Source: Ktedonobacteraceae bacterium
GTDB taxonomy: Bacteria; Chloroflexota; Ktedonobacteria; Ktedonobacterales; Ktedonobacteraceae
DNA length: 64,000 nt
Assembly (NCBI GenBank): GCA_035653615.1
Contig: DASRBN010000002.1
Location: 1-64,000 of the forward strand
Reading direction: 5' to 3'
Shown: piece after piece, positions 39,797 to 50,060 of the stretch
How positions within the stretch are numbered: position 1 is the first letter of the stretch
Layout of the letters: each line of letters starts with the position of its first letter
The notes under the pieces: generated by a model
Told to the model about the DNA's origin: nothing
The model's database searches: none
What the model saw: the letters and a program-made list of their open reading frames with translations, nothing else
Translations under genes and position numbers: made by a program

Positions 39797-41560
39797 ATGA
39801 GTGCTGAAATGCGCCGGGCGCGAAATCGACAAATGCTCATTTTCTTACTGGTCTGTGTTGGCATGTTGATACTTTTAGGCAGGCTCTTTTACTGGCAGAT
39901 ACTCGAATCACATAGCGGATACAACCTGGCGGAGCTTGCCAACGAGGAGCACACTCAAAATCAAATACTAAACGCGCCGCGCGGCCTCATCTTTGACAGC
40001 CAGGGCCGTATCCTGGCAACGAATGTCGTGCGTGACGATGTGTACGTCGAGCCGATTCAATTCTCGATAGACCATCCCGATAACACGCAGAGCGACCTGG
40101 AGGCCTTGATCAACTCACTGCACCAGGTGTTGCCGAATGTTTCCATGCAGAAGCTGCAACAGGCGTTCAGCAGTGATTTGCCTACAGTGAGAATCGCGGT
40201 ACGCATTGACCCGCAGCAAAGCCAGCAATTGCGAGCGCTGCAACTACCGGATGTGTTCCTGCAGCCGCGTACCTGGCGCATCTATCCGGCAGGAGAGCTG
40301 GCCGCCCAGATTCTGGGCTATGTCACACAGAACGACGGCGATAATGTGGGTGTGTATGGTATCGAGGGCCAGTACAACTCGCTGCTGGCTGGAAAGCCGG
40401 GCAGCTTCACCGCCGAAACCGACCTGCAAGGCAATCCGCTGGTGGTAGGGGCCGATAATGAGCAACCGCCGGTGAGCGGGGCAAATATCACGCTCACTAT
40501 CGATAGCGCAGTCGAGTACATGGTACAGAACGCGCTGGCAAATGCCGTGCAAAAATTGCAGGCGGAAAGCGGCAGCGTCGTCGTCATCGATGCGCGCACG
40601 GGCGCGGTCGTCGCCATGGCCGGGGTAGGAACCTTCGATCCTAACAACTATGGCAAATACGCGAACCAGGTGGGTTGCCTGAATAGCGAACAGGTCTACT
40701 TCAATCCGGTTCTGTATTGCGCCTACGAGCCTGGCTCTACGATGAAGGCTGTTACGATGGCTGCCGCGCTCGACCAGGGGCTGATTACGCCGGATACGAC
40801 CCTGGATGACCAGGGATGCCTGTCCTTCAGCGACGGGACGCCCACAGTCTGCAACTGGGAATATCTGGCTTATGGCACCGAGACAATGACCCAGGTGCTG
40901 GAACACTCGGCCAATGTAGGCGCGGCCTATGTCGCGCACAACATCCTTGGGCCATCGCGGTATTATCCGTACCTGGCACGCTTCGGCTTCGGGCAGGCGA
41001 CGGGTATCGATGGACCGGAGGCCACGGGCTATTATCGCAAGCCCGGCGACCCGAACTGGACGGAAAGCGATCTGACCCGCCAGGCGTTCGGACAGAGTAT
41101 CCTGGCAACGCCTTTGCAAATGGCAATGGCCTATGAAGCAATCGCGAATGGAGGCGTGATGATGCGCCCATACCTGGTGGCATCGATCAATAACAATGGT
41201 CATATTGTTGCGACGCAGCCACAGGTAGAACGGCGCGTGATTAGCGAAAAAACGGCCCAGACCTTGACGGGCATGCTGGAAGATTCGGCTTTATACGGTT
41301 TCGCCCAGCCTGCGCAGGTTCCCGGCTATACTATCGCGGCCAAGACGGGCACGGCGACAACGCAGGGTATCTCGGCTGACCAGACCGAGGCTTCGCTGGC
41401 AGGATTTATTCCTGCAACGAACCCGCGCTTCGTCATCTTAGTCAAGCTGGACAGGCCGCAAAAGGCAATCTACGGCAGTACGGCGGCGGCACCCCTCTGG
41501 GGTATCATCGCGCAGCAGTTGATGGAGTATTATTCCGTCCCGCCGGACGCGCTAAAATAA
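39797..41560 (+). CDS. ftsI: Peptidoglycan D,D-transpeptidase FtsI (class B PBP)
   Basis: N-terminal TM helix. PBP dimerisation region. Transpeptidase motifs STMK (..GSTMKAVTMAAAL), SxN (HSANVG) and KTGTA. Confidence 0.9.
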   Translation: MSAEMRRARNRQMLIFLLVCVGMLILLGRLFYWQILESHSGYNLAELANEEHTQNQILNAPRGLIFDSQGRILATNVVRDDVYVEPIQFSIDHPDNTQSDLEALINSLHQVLPNVSMQKLQQAFSSDLPTVRIAVRIDPQQSQQLRALQLPDVFLQPRTWRIYPAGELAAQILGYVTQNDGDNVGVYGIEGQYNSLLAGKPGSFTAETDLQGNPLVVGADNEQPPVSGANITLTIDSAVEYMVQNALANAVQKLQAESGSVVVIDARTGAVVAMAGVGTFDPNNYGKYANQVGCLNSEQVYFNPVLYCAYEPGSTMKAVTMAAALDQGLITPDTTLDDQGCLSFSDGTPTVCNWEYLAYGTETMTQVLEHSANVGAAYVAHNILGPSRYYPYLARFGFGQATGIDGPEATGYYRKPGDPNWTESDLTRQAFGQSILATPLQMAMAYEAIANGGVMMRPYLVASINNNGHIVATQPQVERRVISEKTAQTLTGMLEDSALYGFAQPAQVPGYTIAAKTGTATTQGISADQTEASLAGFIPATNPRFVILVKLDRPQKAIYGSTAAAPLWGIIAQQLMEYYSVPPDALK

Positions 41561-41688
41561 GCGGGGTACAGATTCGGCAGCTCCTTTCAGGGGCGTGCTT
41601 ATCTCTTTACCCCTTTCCGCCGTTAGAGGTGGCAGATCATATACGGAAAAAACTTGTTTGTTGAGGCAATTCTTATGAGGGTATAAAT

Positions 41689-41928
41689 ATGCAATATCAA
41701 CAAGATGAAGAAGAGAGCCTGGCGGGCGAGCCCTGTAGCGCGCGGGTTGAACCAGCACAAGGTATGCCCTTACAGTATGATCCGTGGAGCGCGTTGCTGC
41801 ACTCCCAGGGCATCGAGGTTGTGGATTTAGGGCAAATACGTTCGCACATGGTGCAGGAACCTGGAGACATTCTCGACGTTGAACAGGCTCTGGATATCAT
41901 GCAAGAGCGGCCCGAAAGTGAGTCATAA
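41689..41928 (+). CDS. Hypothetical small acidic protein (79 aa) at the position normally occupied by murE/murF/mraY/murD
   Basis: Intact ORF with coding-like codon usage and a weak GAGGG RBS. No similarity recognised. Confidence 0.3.
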   Translation: MQYQQDEEESLAGEPCSARVEPAQGMPLQYDPWSALLHSQGIEVVDLGQIRSHMVQEPGDILDVEQALDIMQERPESES

Positions 41929-42016
41929 ACTCGATCTGCCGTTATTTTTTCAGGTGCAAGCCATCATCTGGAAGCAAGTATAATAGAAATTTTGTTCTAT
42001 GTCAAGACTTTGACGG

Positions 42017-43735
42017 ATGAATTGCCATTGGAGAACTCGTAAGAAAATGACTCGTCAAACCGGCAGAGGACAATTGAATAAGAGGCAGGCTGAGCGGGGA
42101 GAGGAACGCCGGGCGAGTGCAGCAGGCAAGAGGGGTACGCGGCAGGCGGCCACGAGGGTACGCCCCTATGACATGCGTTCACCAGCATTGGAGTCTGTGG
42201 AACGAAGAAAGGAAAGCCTGCTCGCTGAGTCGAGGCGGAGACCCGCGCAAAGCGGCGGCACGCGGCGGAATGTACGCTTTGCCGCCGAAGAGAGCCTGTC
42301 ACGCCCCGCTATTGCGCTGCCGCGCAAACGCCTACCGGGCAGGCGCGCCGGGTTGGGCGAGCGTTTATCATCCATCCGGGCACAGTTCGCTTCATCCGCG
42401 GTGGAGAGCGTGGTTAGCAAAAACGCGGACGCTCATTGGAGCGAACCGCGCTGGGGATACCGGCCCACTACCCCTTCGCGAGCAGAGAATCAGGATGCTA
42501 AGAGCAACGGCCCGCTGATCAGCGAGGAGGAACAGAGAAAACTTGACGCGCTGGAAATGCAGCTGCCGCGAGTTGCGGGAAAGATTGATTCGTGGTTGCT
42601 GATTAGCGTACTGGCGCTGCTGTGTATTGGCGTTGTGATGGTGTACAGCGCAAGCTCGTATATCGCTGCAAGCCAGCAGGGAGATGCATCTTACTACTTC
42701 CAGCGCGAACTGATATGGCTGGTGCTGGGAGTCGTGGCCATGCTTATAACGATGCGCGTGGACTACCGGTTCTGGCGGCGCATCTCGCTGATAGGAATGG
42801 TGATCATCCTGCCGTTGCTGGTGATCGTGCTGAAATTCGGCATCACGGCGTATGGTGCTTCGCGCTGGCTGGCGCTCGGTTCTTTCTTCACCTTCCAGCC
42901 GAGCGAATTGACCAAGCTGGTGCTGGCGTTGTACATCGCCGATTGGCTGGCGCGGAAAGGAAACCAGGTCAGCTCGTTTCTGTATGGCCTGGCGCCTTTC
43001 ATTATCCTGGTCGGCATCGTGCTGGGGCTGGTCTTGCTGGAAAACGATCTGGGCACCGCCATCATCATTGCCGCCTTCGCGACGGCCATGTTCTTTACGG
43101 CGGGCGCCAATATCATCCAGTTTTTGCTGGCGATGGCCTGCGGTGGATTGATTTTTTTGAGGGAAGCTTTCAACGGTTATCGTTATTACCGTATAACAGG
43201 TTTTTTGCATCCGTTTCAGAATGTTACGGGCATCAACCTGCAACTCTACCAGGCGCTTTTAGCCTTTGGTTCGGGGGGATGGTTCGGCCTGGGATTGGGA
43301 GCCAGCCGTCAAAAGACAGGCTACCTGCCCTTTCCCTATACCGATTCGATCTTTCCGATCATCGGAGAAGAACTGGGCTTTATCGGCTGTACGGTCATCG
43401 TCGTGCTGTTCATGGTGCTGGCATTTCGCGGGTTCCGCCTGGCGAGGCGCTCGCCGGACATCTACGGCTCGCTGCTGGCGACTGGTATCACGACCTGGCT
43501 AATCGTGCAGGCGATGATCAATATCGGCGCGAATACGGGCACGATCCCCTACACGGGGGTGCCGCTGCCGTTTATCAGTTTCGGTGGCTCATCGCTGGTC
43601 GTTTCGCTGGCGGCCATCGGCGTGCTGCTGAATATCTCGCGCTACATACGCGAACCGGAGGACCCGGTGCTTTCACGCCAGACGCTCACGTTTCGCAAAA
43701 GGCGCGCGGGGAAGCAATATGTAACACCGGCTTAA
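42017..43735 (+). CDS. ftsW: SEDS-family peptidoglycan glycosyltransferase FtsW with long Arg-rich N-terminal extension (start uncertain)
   Basis: Core from IDSWLLISVLALLCIGVVMVYSASSY... with about 10 TM helices. ...PLPFISFGGSS near the C-terminus. About 180 aa of basic low-complexity sequence precedes the first TM helix. Alternative internal starts are possible. Confidence 0.85.
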   Translation: MNCHWRTRKKMTRQTGRGQLNKRQAERGEERRASAAGKRGTRQAATRVRPYDMRSPALESVERRKESLLAESRRRPAQSGGTRRNVRFAAEESLSRPAIALPRKRLPGRRAGLGERLSSIRAQFASSAVESVVSKNADAHWSEPRWGYRPTTPSRAENQDAKSNGPLISEEEQRKLDALEMQLPRVAGKIDSWLLISVLALLCIGVVMVYSASSYIAASQQGDASYYFQRELIWLVLGVVAMLITMRVDYRFWRRISLIGMVIILPLLVIVLKFGITAYGASRWLALGSFFTFQPSELTKLVLALYIADWLARKGNQVSSFLYGLAPFIILVGIVLGLVLLENDLGTAIIIAAFATAMFFTAGANIIQFLLAMACGGLIFLREAFNGYRYYRITGFLHPFQNVTGINLQLYQALLAFGSGGWFGLGLGASRQKTGYLPFPYTDSIFPIIGEELGFIGCTVIVVLFMVLAFRGFRLARRSPDIYGSLLATGITTWLIVQAMINIGANTGTIPYTGVPLPFISFGGSSLVVSLAAIGVLLNISRYIREPEDPVLSRQTLTFRKRRAGKQYVTPA

Positions 43736-43745
43736 AGGATTTGTA

Positions 43746-44870
43746 ATGCGAGTGCTTGTATCAGGCGGAGGTACCGGCGGGCACATTTACCCGGCTCTGG
43801 CGGTAGCGACGCAGTTACGGACGGAGTATGATGCCGAGATACTGTTTCTCGGCAGCGATGACGGATTGGAGACAGAACTGGTGCCTGCGGCAGGATTTCG
43901 CTTAGCCACGGTGCGGGCCGGCAAATTGCGGCGCTACATCTCGCCTGAGACTGTGACAGGCGTGTTGCGCGTGCCGCTGGGCATGGTACAGGCGATCAAC
44001 ATCGTGCGGGCATTCCGGCCACAGGTAGCGTTTACCAGCGGAGGGTATGTAGCGGTTCCCGCAGGGCTGGCCGCCCGCCTGAACGGCGTACCGCTGCTGA
44101 TGCACCAGCAGGATGTGCCGCCCAACCTGTCGAATCGCCTGGTAGCGCCGCTGGCGACACGCATCTCGGTTGCATTTGCCGATTCGCTGGCCTATTTTCC
44201 GGCCCGCAAAAGCGTACAGCTGGGCAACCCGATACGCCAGGCAATGCTGGATGCGCGCCAGGTAACGCCGCAGGAGGCACGGGCCGGACTAGGATTCGCG
44301 AAGGATGCGCCTTTGCTGCTCGTTACCGGGGGCAGCCAGGGAGCAAGGCACCTGAACCAGGTCGTATGCCAGGCATTGCCGGAATTGCTGGCCTGCTGCC
44401 AGGTCTTACAGATCAGCGGCAAGGAGTTATACAACGAGACGCAGGCATGGTCTGAAGGAATGCTGGCGAATGTGGATGAAGCGACCAGGAAGCGCTATCG
44501 CCTGGTCGCCTATCTCAGCGCCGAAATGCCAATGGCATTGCAGGCAGCAGACCTGGTGTTGTGTCGTTCCGGCGCATCCACCTTGAGCGAACTGGCGGTA
44601 TTAGGCAAGCCGAGCATCCTGGTTCCGCTGCCGCCCGCTATTGGCAGTTCGCCGCAAGAGGCAAACGCGGCCATGTTTGCTCGCAAGCAGGCAGCCGAGG
44701 TGATTAAGGATAACGATTTGAAACCAGGAATACTTGTAGAGCGTGTAAATTATACTATCACATCTATTACACTTCTAGAATCAATGGCGAGTGCGGCGCG
44801 AGCTTTTGCCAGGCCACAGGCGACGCAGGAGATCGCGGCGGAAATAGTAAAGATTGCTAAAGTAAAATAA
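43746..44870 (+). CDS. murG: UDP-N-acetylglucosamine--N-acetylmuramyl-(pentapeptide) pyrophosphoryl-undecaprenol N-acetylglucosamine transferase
   Basis: MRVLVSGGGTGGHIYPALAVA... Stop overlaps the murC start (TAATG). Confidence 0.9.
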   Translation: MRVLVSGGGTGGHIYPALAVATQLRTEYDAEILFLGSDDGLETELVPAAGFRLATVRAGKLRRYISPETVTGVLRVPLGMVQAINIVRAFRPQVAFTSGGYVAVPAGLAARLNGVPLLMHQQDVPPNLSNRLVAPLATRISVAFADSLAYFPARKSVQLGNPIRQAMLDARQVTPQEARAGLGFAKDAPLLLVTGGSQGARHLNQVVCQALPELLACCQVLQISGKELYNETQAWSEGMLANVDEATRKRYRLVAYLSAEMPMALQAADLVLCRSGASTLSELAVLGKPSILVPLPPAIGSSPQEANAAMFARKQAAEVIKDNDLKPGILVERVNYTITSITLLESMASAARAFARPQATQEIAAEIVKIAKVK

Positions 44871-46363
44871 TGAGCGCATCGACGAAGTATGAACAACTGA
44901 ATAAAGCGCGCTTGCATTTCATGGGCATTGGCGGCTCAGGTATCTCGGCAGTAGCTCAGATGGCAATGCTGGGCGGGGCAACCGTGACGGGTTGCGATCA
45001 GTCGGAGTCGTCGACGACGCATTTGCTGGAACGGCTCGGTGTGCCGGTACAGATTGGGCATAGCCCCGAGCACCTGGCCGGAGCCGACGCCTTGATCTAC
45101 GTACCGGCGGTGGCCGCGCTGAATCCCGATAACCCGGAACTGGTCGCGGCCAAAGCCAGCGGCATGCCTGTGATGACATGGCAGGAGATGCTGGGCAGGT
45201 GGCTGGAGGGCAAGTGCCTGCTCTCGGTGAGCGGCGTGCATGGCAAGGGCACGACCACAGCTCTGCTGGCGCTGATGCTGGTCGATGCGGGGCTTGATCC
45301 GTGGTGTGAAATCGGAGCCGTTGTGCCGCGTTTCGGCGCCAACTACCGTTTGGGCAAGAGCCAGTACTTTGTCAACGAGGCCGACGAGTTCAATAACAAT
45401 TTCTGGCACTACCACCCGCGCCTGGCCGTCGTGACTTCAATTGAATTTGAGCACCCGGAGTTCTTCGCGAACTACGAAGAGTACCTGGCGGCTTTCGAGC
45501 ATTTTGTACGCGGCATGGATATGCAGGGAGACTGGCCTTTCCCGCCAACGCTGGTTGTGAACAGCGACAGTCCTGGCTGCCTGGAACTGCTTGAGCGCGT
45601 CGCGGGCTGGCCGGGGCGCATCATCACATACGCGATTGAGGGAAAAGCGGACTTTATCGCCTATGATCTAAAGCTGGATGGAGAAACAAGCTTCCGCGTG
45701 CGGACCGCGGATGGCTCATTTGATGAAATACATGCTATTCATTTACAACTGCCGGGAGCGCACAACATCCAGAACGCGCTGGCAGCACTGGCTGCGGCGA
45801 GAGCTATCGACCTGGATACGAAGGTCATCGTGAGGACGCTGGAAGATTTTGGCGGTATCCGCCGGCGCTTTGAGATTCGCCACCAGGGGCCGCTGTCGCT
45901 CAATGGAGAGCCGCGGGATATTGTGCTGGTCGATGACTACGCGCATCATCCTACGGCAATCGCGGCAACCCTGGAGGCCGCGCGCCGGCGCTATCCCGCG
46001 CGGCGATTGGTCGCGGTCTACCAGCCGCATATGTACAGCCGGACGAAGACCTTTTTCGAGCAGTTTTTGACGGCATTTGATAGCGCGGATGTCGTCGTAC
46101 TCGCCGATATCTATCCGGGGCGCGAACACGATACCGGCCTGATACATACACGCGCCCTGGTCGAGGCGATGGCGCAATCGCCACGTTACGCCCGGGGTGG
46201 AAAATCGGTTATCTACGCGGGCAACGTGCCGGAAACCGCTACGGCACTACGCCATATCCTGCGCAGTGGCGACCTGGTCATTATCATGGGAGCTGGCGAT
46301 ATTTATCGCGCCAGCGAGATGCTCTTGCAGGATAGGCAGTCCCAGGAGAACGAGGCCTTATGA
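44870..46363 (+). CDS. murC: UDP-N-acetylmuramate--L-alanine ligase
   Basis: LHFMGIGGSGISAVAQ...SGVHGKGTTTALLA...DEIHLQLPGAHNIQNALAA. Confidence 0.9.
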   Translation: MSASTKYEQLNKARLHFMGIGGSGISAVAQMAMLGGATVTGCDQSESSTTHLLERLGVPVQIGHSPEHLAGADALIYVPAVAALNPDNPELVAAKASGMPVMTWQEMLGRWLEGKCLLSVSGVHGKGTTTALLALMLVDAGLDPWCEIGAVVPRFGANYRLGKSQYFVNEADEFNNNFWHYHPRLAVVTSIEFEHPEFFANYEEYLAAFEHFVRGMDMQGDWPFPPTLVVNSDSPGCLELLERVAGWPGRIITYAIEGKADFIAYDLKLDGETSFRVRTADGSFDEIHAIHLQLPGAHNIQNALAALAAARAIDLDTKVIVRTLEDFGGIRRRFEIRHQGPLSLNGEPRDIVLVDDYAHHPTAIAATLEAARRRYPARRLVAVYQPHMYSRTKTFFEQFLTAFDSADVVVLADIYPGREHDTGLIHTRALVEAMAQSPRYARGGKSVIYAGNVPETATALRHILRSGDLVIIMGAGDIYRASEMLLQDRQSQENEAL

Positions 46364-47388
46364 CGTTCGAGATCGATACAACCTATGAGCAGCTGCGCCC
46401 CTACTTCCAGGGACGCATACGGCGCAATGAGCCGCTGTCGCGTCATGGCACCTTCGGTGTTGGCGGTCCGGCGGACATCTGGATTTCGCTCGAGACGGCA
46501 AAGGAAGTTATCGACCTGGTGCGCCTGTGCATGCAGGATCGCTGGCCGCTGTTGCTGGTTGGGAACGGCACCAATACGCTGTACGCCGACGCGGGGGCGC
46601 GCGGCATTGTCGGGCGCATTGCTCTGAACAACTACGAGATCGAAGACCATGGCAATGGAACGGCGCTGCTGCGGGCGGGCGCGGGCGTAAGCTGGCCGCG
46701 TTTGCTGAACGAGCTGGCCAACCTTGGTTGGGGCGGACTGGAATTTGGGCCGGGGATACCTGGCACGCTTGGTGGGGGCATTATCTCTAACGCGGGGGCC
46801 CACAACAGCGAGATCGGTGAGGTACTGGAATGGGTAGAGGTACTGGATGCGCGGCGCGGCTCCGAGTCAGAGGATGGGATTACAGTACCCAACCTGCGGC
46901 GTTATACGCGTGATGAATTGGACTTGAGCTACCGGCATAGTCGTTTTCGCTCAGAGCGGCGCGTCCAGTTCGATGAGCAGGGCTACCCCGTTGTGGCGCC
47001 TGCCGGACTGATTGAACCCGCCGAGATCATTTTGCAGGTGGCTGTGCGGCTGCATCGAGACAATCCTGAGAAACTGAAAGTACTCATAGAACAATACAAA
47101 CAACATCGTAAGATGACGCAGCCGCCGCAGCAGAGCGCTGGCTCAGTCTTCAAGAACCCGCCGGGTGATTTCGCGGGTCGCCTGATTGAGCAGGCTGGTT
47201 TAAAGGGCCGCGTTCATGGCAAAGCGCAAATTTCTGAGCGCCATGCCAACTTTATCGTCAATCTAGGAGGAGCCAGCGCCGCCGATGTGGTCGCGCTGAT
47301 AGTCGAGGCTCGCAATCGGGTGCGCGCACTGTTTGGAGTAGAGCTGGAGCTGGAAGTCGAGCTGCGCGGAGAATGGGGAAAATCATGA
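46360..47388 (+). CDS. murB: UDP-N-acetylenolpyruvoylglucosamine reductase
   Basis: FGVGGPADIWISLETAKEV...GNGTNTL...AGSVFKNP. ATGA overlaps with murC and ftsQ. Confidence 0.9.
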   Translation: MTFEIDTTYEQLRPYFQGRIRRNEPLSRHGTFGVGGPADIWISLETAKEVIDLVRLCMQDRWPLLLVGNGTNTLYADAGARGIVGRIALNNYEIEDHGNGTALLRAGAGVSWPRLLNELANLGWGGLEFGPGIPGTLGGGIISNAGAHNSEIGEVLEWVEVLDARRGSESEDGITVPNLRRYTRDELDLSYRHSRFRSERRVQFDEQGYPVVAPAGLIEPAEIILQVAVRLHRDNPEKLKVLIEQYKQHRKMTQPPQQSAGSVFKNPPGDFAGRLIEQAGLKGRVHGKAQISERHANFIVNLGGASAADVVALIVEARNRVRALFGVELELEVELRGEWGKS

Positions 47389-48527
47389 CTGAGTATAAAC
47401 GGCCAAAGGAACAGATCGCCCATCGCTATCGCTATCACCAGCCAACGGGCGAGGGCATGGCAAGCAGGCCGGTAAATAGAGGCCGGAGAGCGACGGTATC
47501 GTCGCCGGATACACATGCGCGCAGGCGTGTGGTCAGGAATCCCGACCACATCATGCAGCCGCCGACATGGGCCGAGAGGCGAGCGCGGCAGCATCGTCCA
47601 ACGGCGGAATCATATACTGGAACGCGGTTCGCGCGGCGCAGCCTGGCTATGACAGGCGAACCCGCTCCCACCGGACGCGTGCGCGTTGCGAAGCCACTGC
47701 CGCGCATGCGAGCCGGCTCGCACATTCCGAGGCGCAGCGGGCAGCACCAGGCGCGTCGTGGAGGCTTGTGGAAGCGCATATTGGGAATGCTGGGTCTGGC
47801 TATTGTGGGTATACTTGGCGTCAGTTTTGCGCTCACCAGTCCAACCTTTCAAATACAGCGGGTTGATGTCGAGGGGACGCAAAATCACTTGCTGGCGCAA
47901 AGTATCCAGCAGATGGGCGAGCAGAACCAGAACATCTTTCTTCTCGATACACAGGCACTGACGAATCGTATCGATGCATTGCCGGTGGTGGCTTCTACCA
48001 ATGTCGCCAGGCAGTTGCCCAACCACCTGACGATAACAGTTGTGGAGCGGATCCCTGTATTGCTCTGGCAGACAAAACAGGGCACATACAGTGTAGATAA
48101 AAGTGGGGTGGTCATCGCTCCCGCGAGTGGAACAGCGGGAGCAGCCCATTTACCAACCGTTGTAGACATGCGAACCGGAACCGCGATTCAGCAGGTACAT
48201 CCAGGCGCCCGGCTGAATGCGATGGATATCGCATTTGCGGCGCAAATATTCGCGCAATTGCCGCAAATGATAGGCGGTTCCAACTTCACGCTGCGCTACA
48301 ACGGGGCGGGGAGCGGTGGTGAGGGGGAAAATGGGTCGTTCGTGGTCGCGAGTTCAAATGGCTGGTTAGCCTATCTGGGCGGGGCGGATGATACGAATCC
48401 ATTAAATAACCGGCTGATTGAACTCCAGCACATTCTGAACCTGGCGCAACAGCAACAGCTACGCCTGGCAACTGTTGACCTGCGCTTTGGATTACGCCCT
48501 GTCTATACATTACAATCGTCGTCGTAG
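47385..48527 (+). CDS. ftsQ: Cell-division protein FtsQ/DivIB (POTRA domain) with Arg-rich cytoplasmic N-terminus
   Basis: TM helix ILGMLGLAIVGILGVSFAL followed by a POTRA-like segment FQIQRVDVEGTQNHLLAQSIQQ...IFLLDTQALTNRIDALPVVASTNVARQLPNHLTITVVER. Confidence 0.8.
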   Translation: MTEYKRPKEQIAHRYRYHQPTGEGMASRPVNRGRRATVSSPDTHARRRVVRNPDHIMQPPTWAERRARQHRPTAESYTGTRFARRSLAMTGEPAPTGRVRVAKPLPRMRAGSHIPRRSGQHQARRGGLWKRILGMLGLAIVGILGVSFALTSPTFQIQRVDVEGTQNHLLAQSIQQMGEQNQNIFLLDTQALTNRIDALPVVASTNVARQLPNHLTITVVERIPVLLWQTKQGTYSVDKSGVVIAPASGTAGAAHLPTVVDMRTGTAIQQVHPGARLNAMDIAFAAQIFAQLPQMIGGSNFTLRYNGAGSGGEGENGSFVVASSNGWLAYLGGADDTNPLNNRLIELQHILNLAQQQQLRLATVDLRFGLRPVYTLQSSS

Positions 48528-48700
48528 TTGTTCCCGCGCGGGAACTCATTGTAGAATTGCAGCCTGATACGGGGCCTGAACGAGGCCAATCATGAGGTTG
48601 AACAAACGAATCGGCTCGCCCGGGCCCACGTCAGGCTACAACATAAAACCGTAGTGCGTCTCATATAACCGCCCAAGCGGCAACAAATGGAGCGTGTATC

Positions 48701-49936
48701 GTGCAAGAGCGGGTGATCGTCGGTATCGACGTAGGAACAACAAAAATCTGTGTCCTCGTTGGCGAGTTGGACCGCGACGGGAAGCTGAATATTGTTGGCG
48801 TTGGCACCTGCCCTTCACAGGGTTTGCGCCGTGGGGTGGTAGTGAACATCGAAGAAACGGTCACTTCCATTGCAGCGGCGCTGGATCGTGCAGAACGCCT
48901 TTCAGGGAAAACTATTACCACTGCTTACGTGGGAATAGCCGGCAGCCATATCGAGTCTGAAAATAGCAAGGGCTTTGTCGCCATCTCGCCAAGTCATCGC
49001 GACATCGTGCATAACGACATTAGCCGCGCTATCGAGGTCGCGCGCGCAATTCCCATTCCCGCGAATCGCGAGGTTATTCATGTGATTCCTCGCGGCTATG
49101 TTGTAGATGGTCAGGAGGGCATCAAGAACCCTATTGGCATGTCCGGTTTCCGCCTGGAAGTGGAGACGCACATCATTACGGGCGCGGTGTCATCTATTCA
49201 CAATTTAATTAAGTGCGTGCATAAGGCGCGGGTAGAGATCGAGGACCTTGTTTTGGAGCCGCTGGCTTCCAGCGAGGCAGTGCTGGGGGACGGCGAAACC
49301 GATCTCGGTGTCGCGCTGGTCGATATCGGCGGTGGTACGACCGATGTCGCGGTTTTCACCGATGGAGCTATCTGGCAGACGGTGGTGCTGCCAATCGGCG
49401 GGAACCTGATCACCAGCGATATCGCCATTGGACTGCGCCTGCCTTTCGGCGTCGCCGAGGAACTCAAGGTAACCTATGGTCACTGCGACCCCTCGACCAT
49501 CGCCGATGATGATATGATCGACCTCTCGCAGTATATGCCTGATTGTAACGACCTGGTACCGCGCAAGCTGCTCGCCGAGATCATCGCGGCGCGGGTAGAA
49601 GAGTTGTTCGAGATGGTGCATGAGGAGATCAAGAAGTCCGGCTATGACGGGCTACTGCCGGCAGGACTGGTCGTGACCGGTGGAACGGCGGAACTACCCG
49701 GCATCCTGGACGTAGCGGGCCAGATTCTGGACCTGCCGGCGCGAATCGGCACGCCATTGGGATTGCACGGGCTTGCCGATTCGATCAGTCGCCCGGCTTA
49801 TGCCACTTCGGTTGGATTGTTGTTGTGGGGATTGCGCCACACCTCATTCCTGACCGAGGAGGAAGAGCTGGCAGAAATTGACCAGGGAACTATGCTTGCT
49901 CGCTTAGGCCGCTGGCTGCGAGCGTTTATACCTTGA
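48701..49936 (+). CDS. ftsA: Cell-division protein FtsA
   Basis: Actin-like ATPase motifs (IVGIDVGTTKICVLVGE...ALVDIGGGTTDVAVF). C-terminal amphipathic helix LARLGRWLRAFIP. GTG start at 48701. Confidence 0.9.
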   Translation: MQERVIVGIDVGTTKICVLVGELDRDGKLNIVGVGTCPSQGLRRGVVVNIEETVTSIAAALDRAERLSGKTITTAYVGIAGSHIESENSKGFVAISPSHRDIVHNDISRAIEVARAIPIPANREVIHVIPRGYVVDGQEGIKNPIGMSGFRLEVETHIITGAVSSIHNLIKCVHKARVEIEDLVLEPLASSEAVLGDGETDLGVALVDIGGGTTDVAVFTDGAIWQTVVLPIGGNLITSDIAIGLRLPFGVAEELKVTYGHCDPSTIADDDMIDLSQYMPDCNDLVPRKLLAEIIAARVEELFEMVHEEIKKSGYDGLLPAGLVVTGGTAELPGILDVAGQILDLPARIGTPLGLHGLADSISRPAYATSVGLLLWGLRHTSFLTEEEELAEIDQGTMLARLGRWLRAFIP

Positions 49937-50060
49937 GATTGTTCCGGGGGCAAGCACTTGCCCCCACCATTGCCATCACCTGTTTGTTGAGTACGGAAGG
50001 ACTTGAGCGGGGAGACCATTAGACCTTTCGAGGCAACAAAACAAGGAAAGGGGGCCACAA

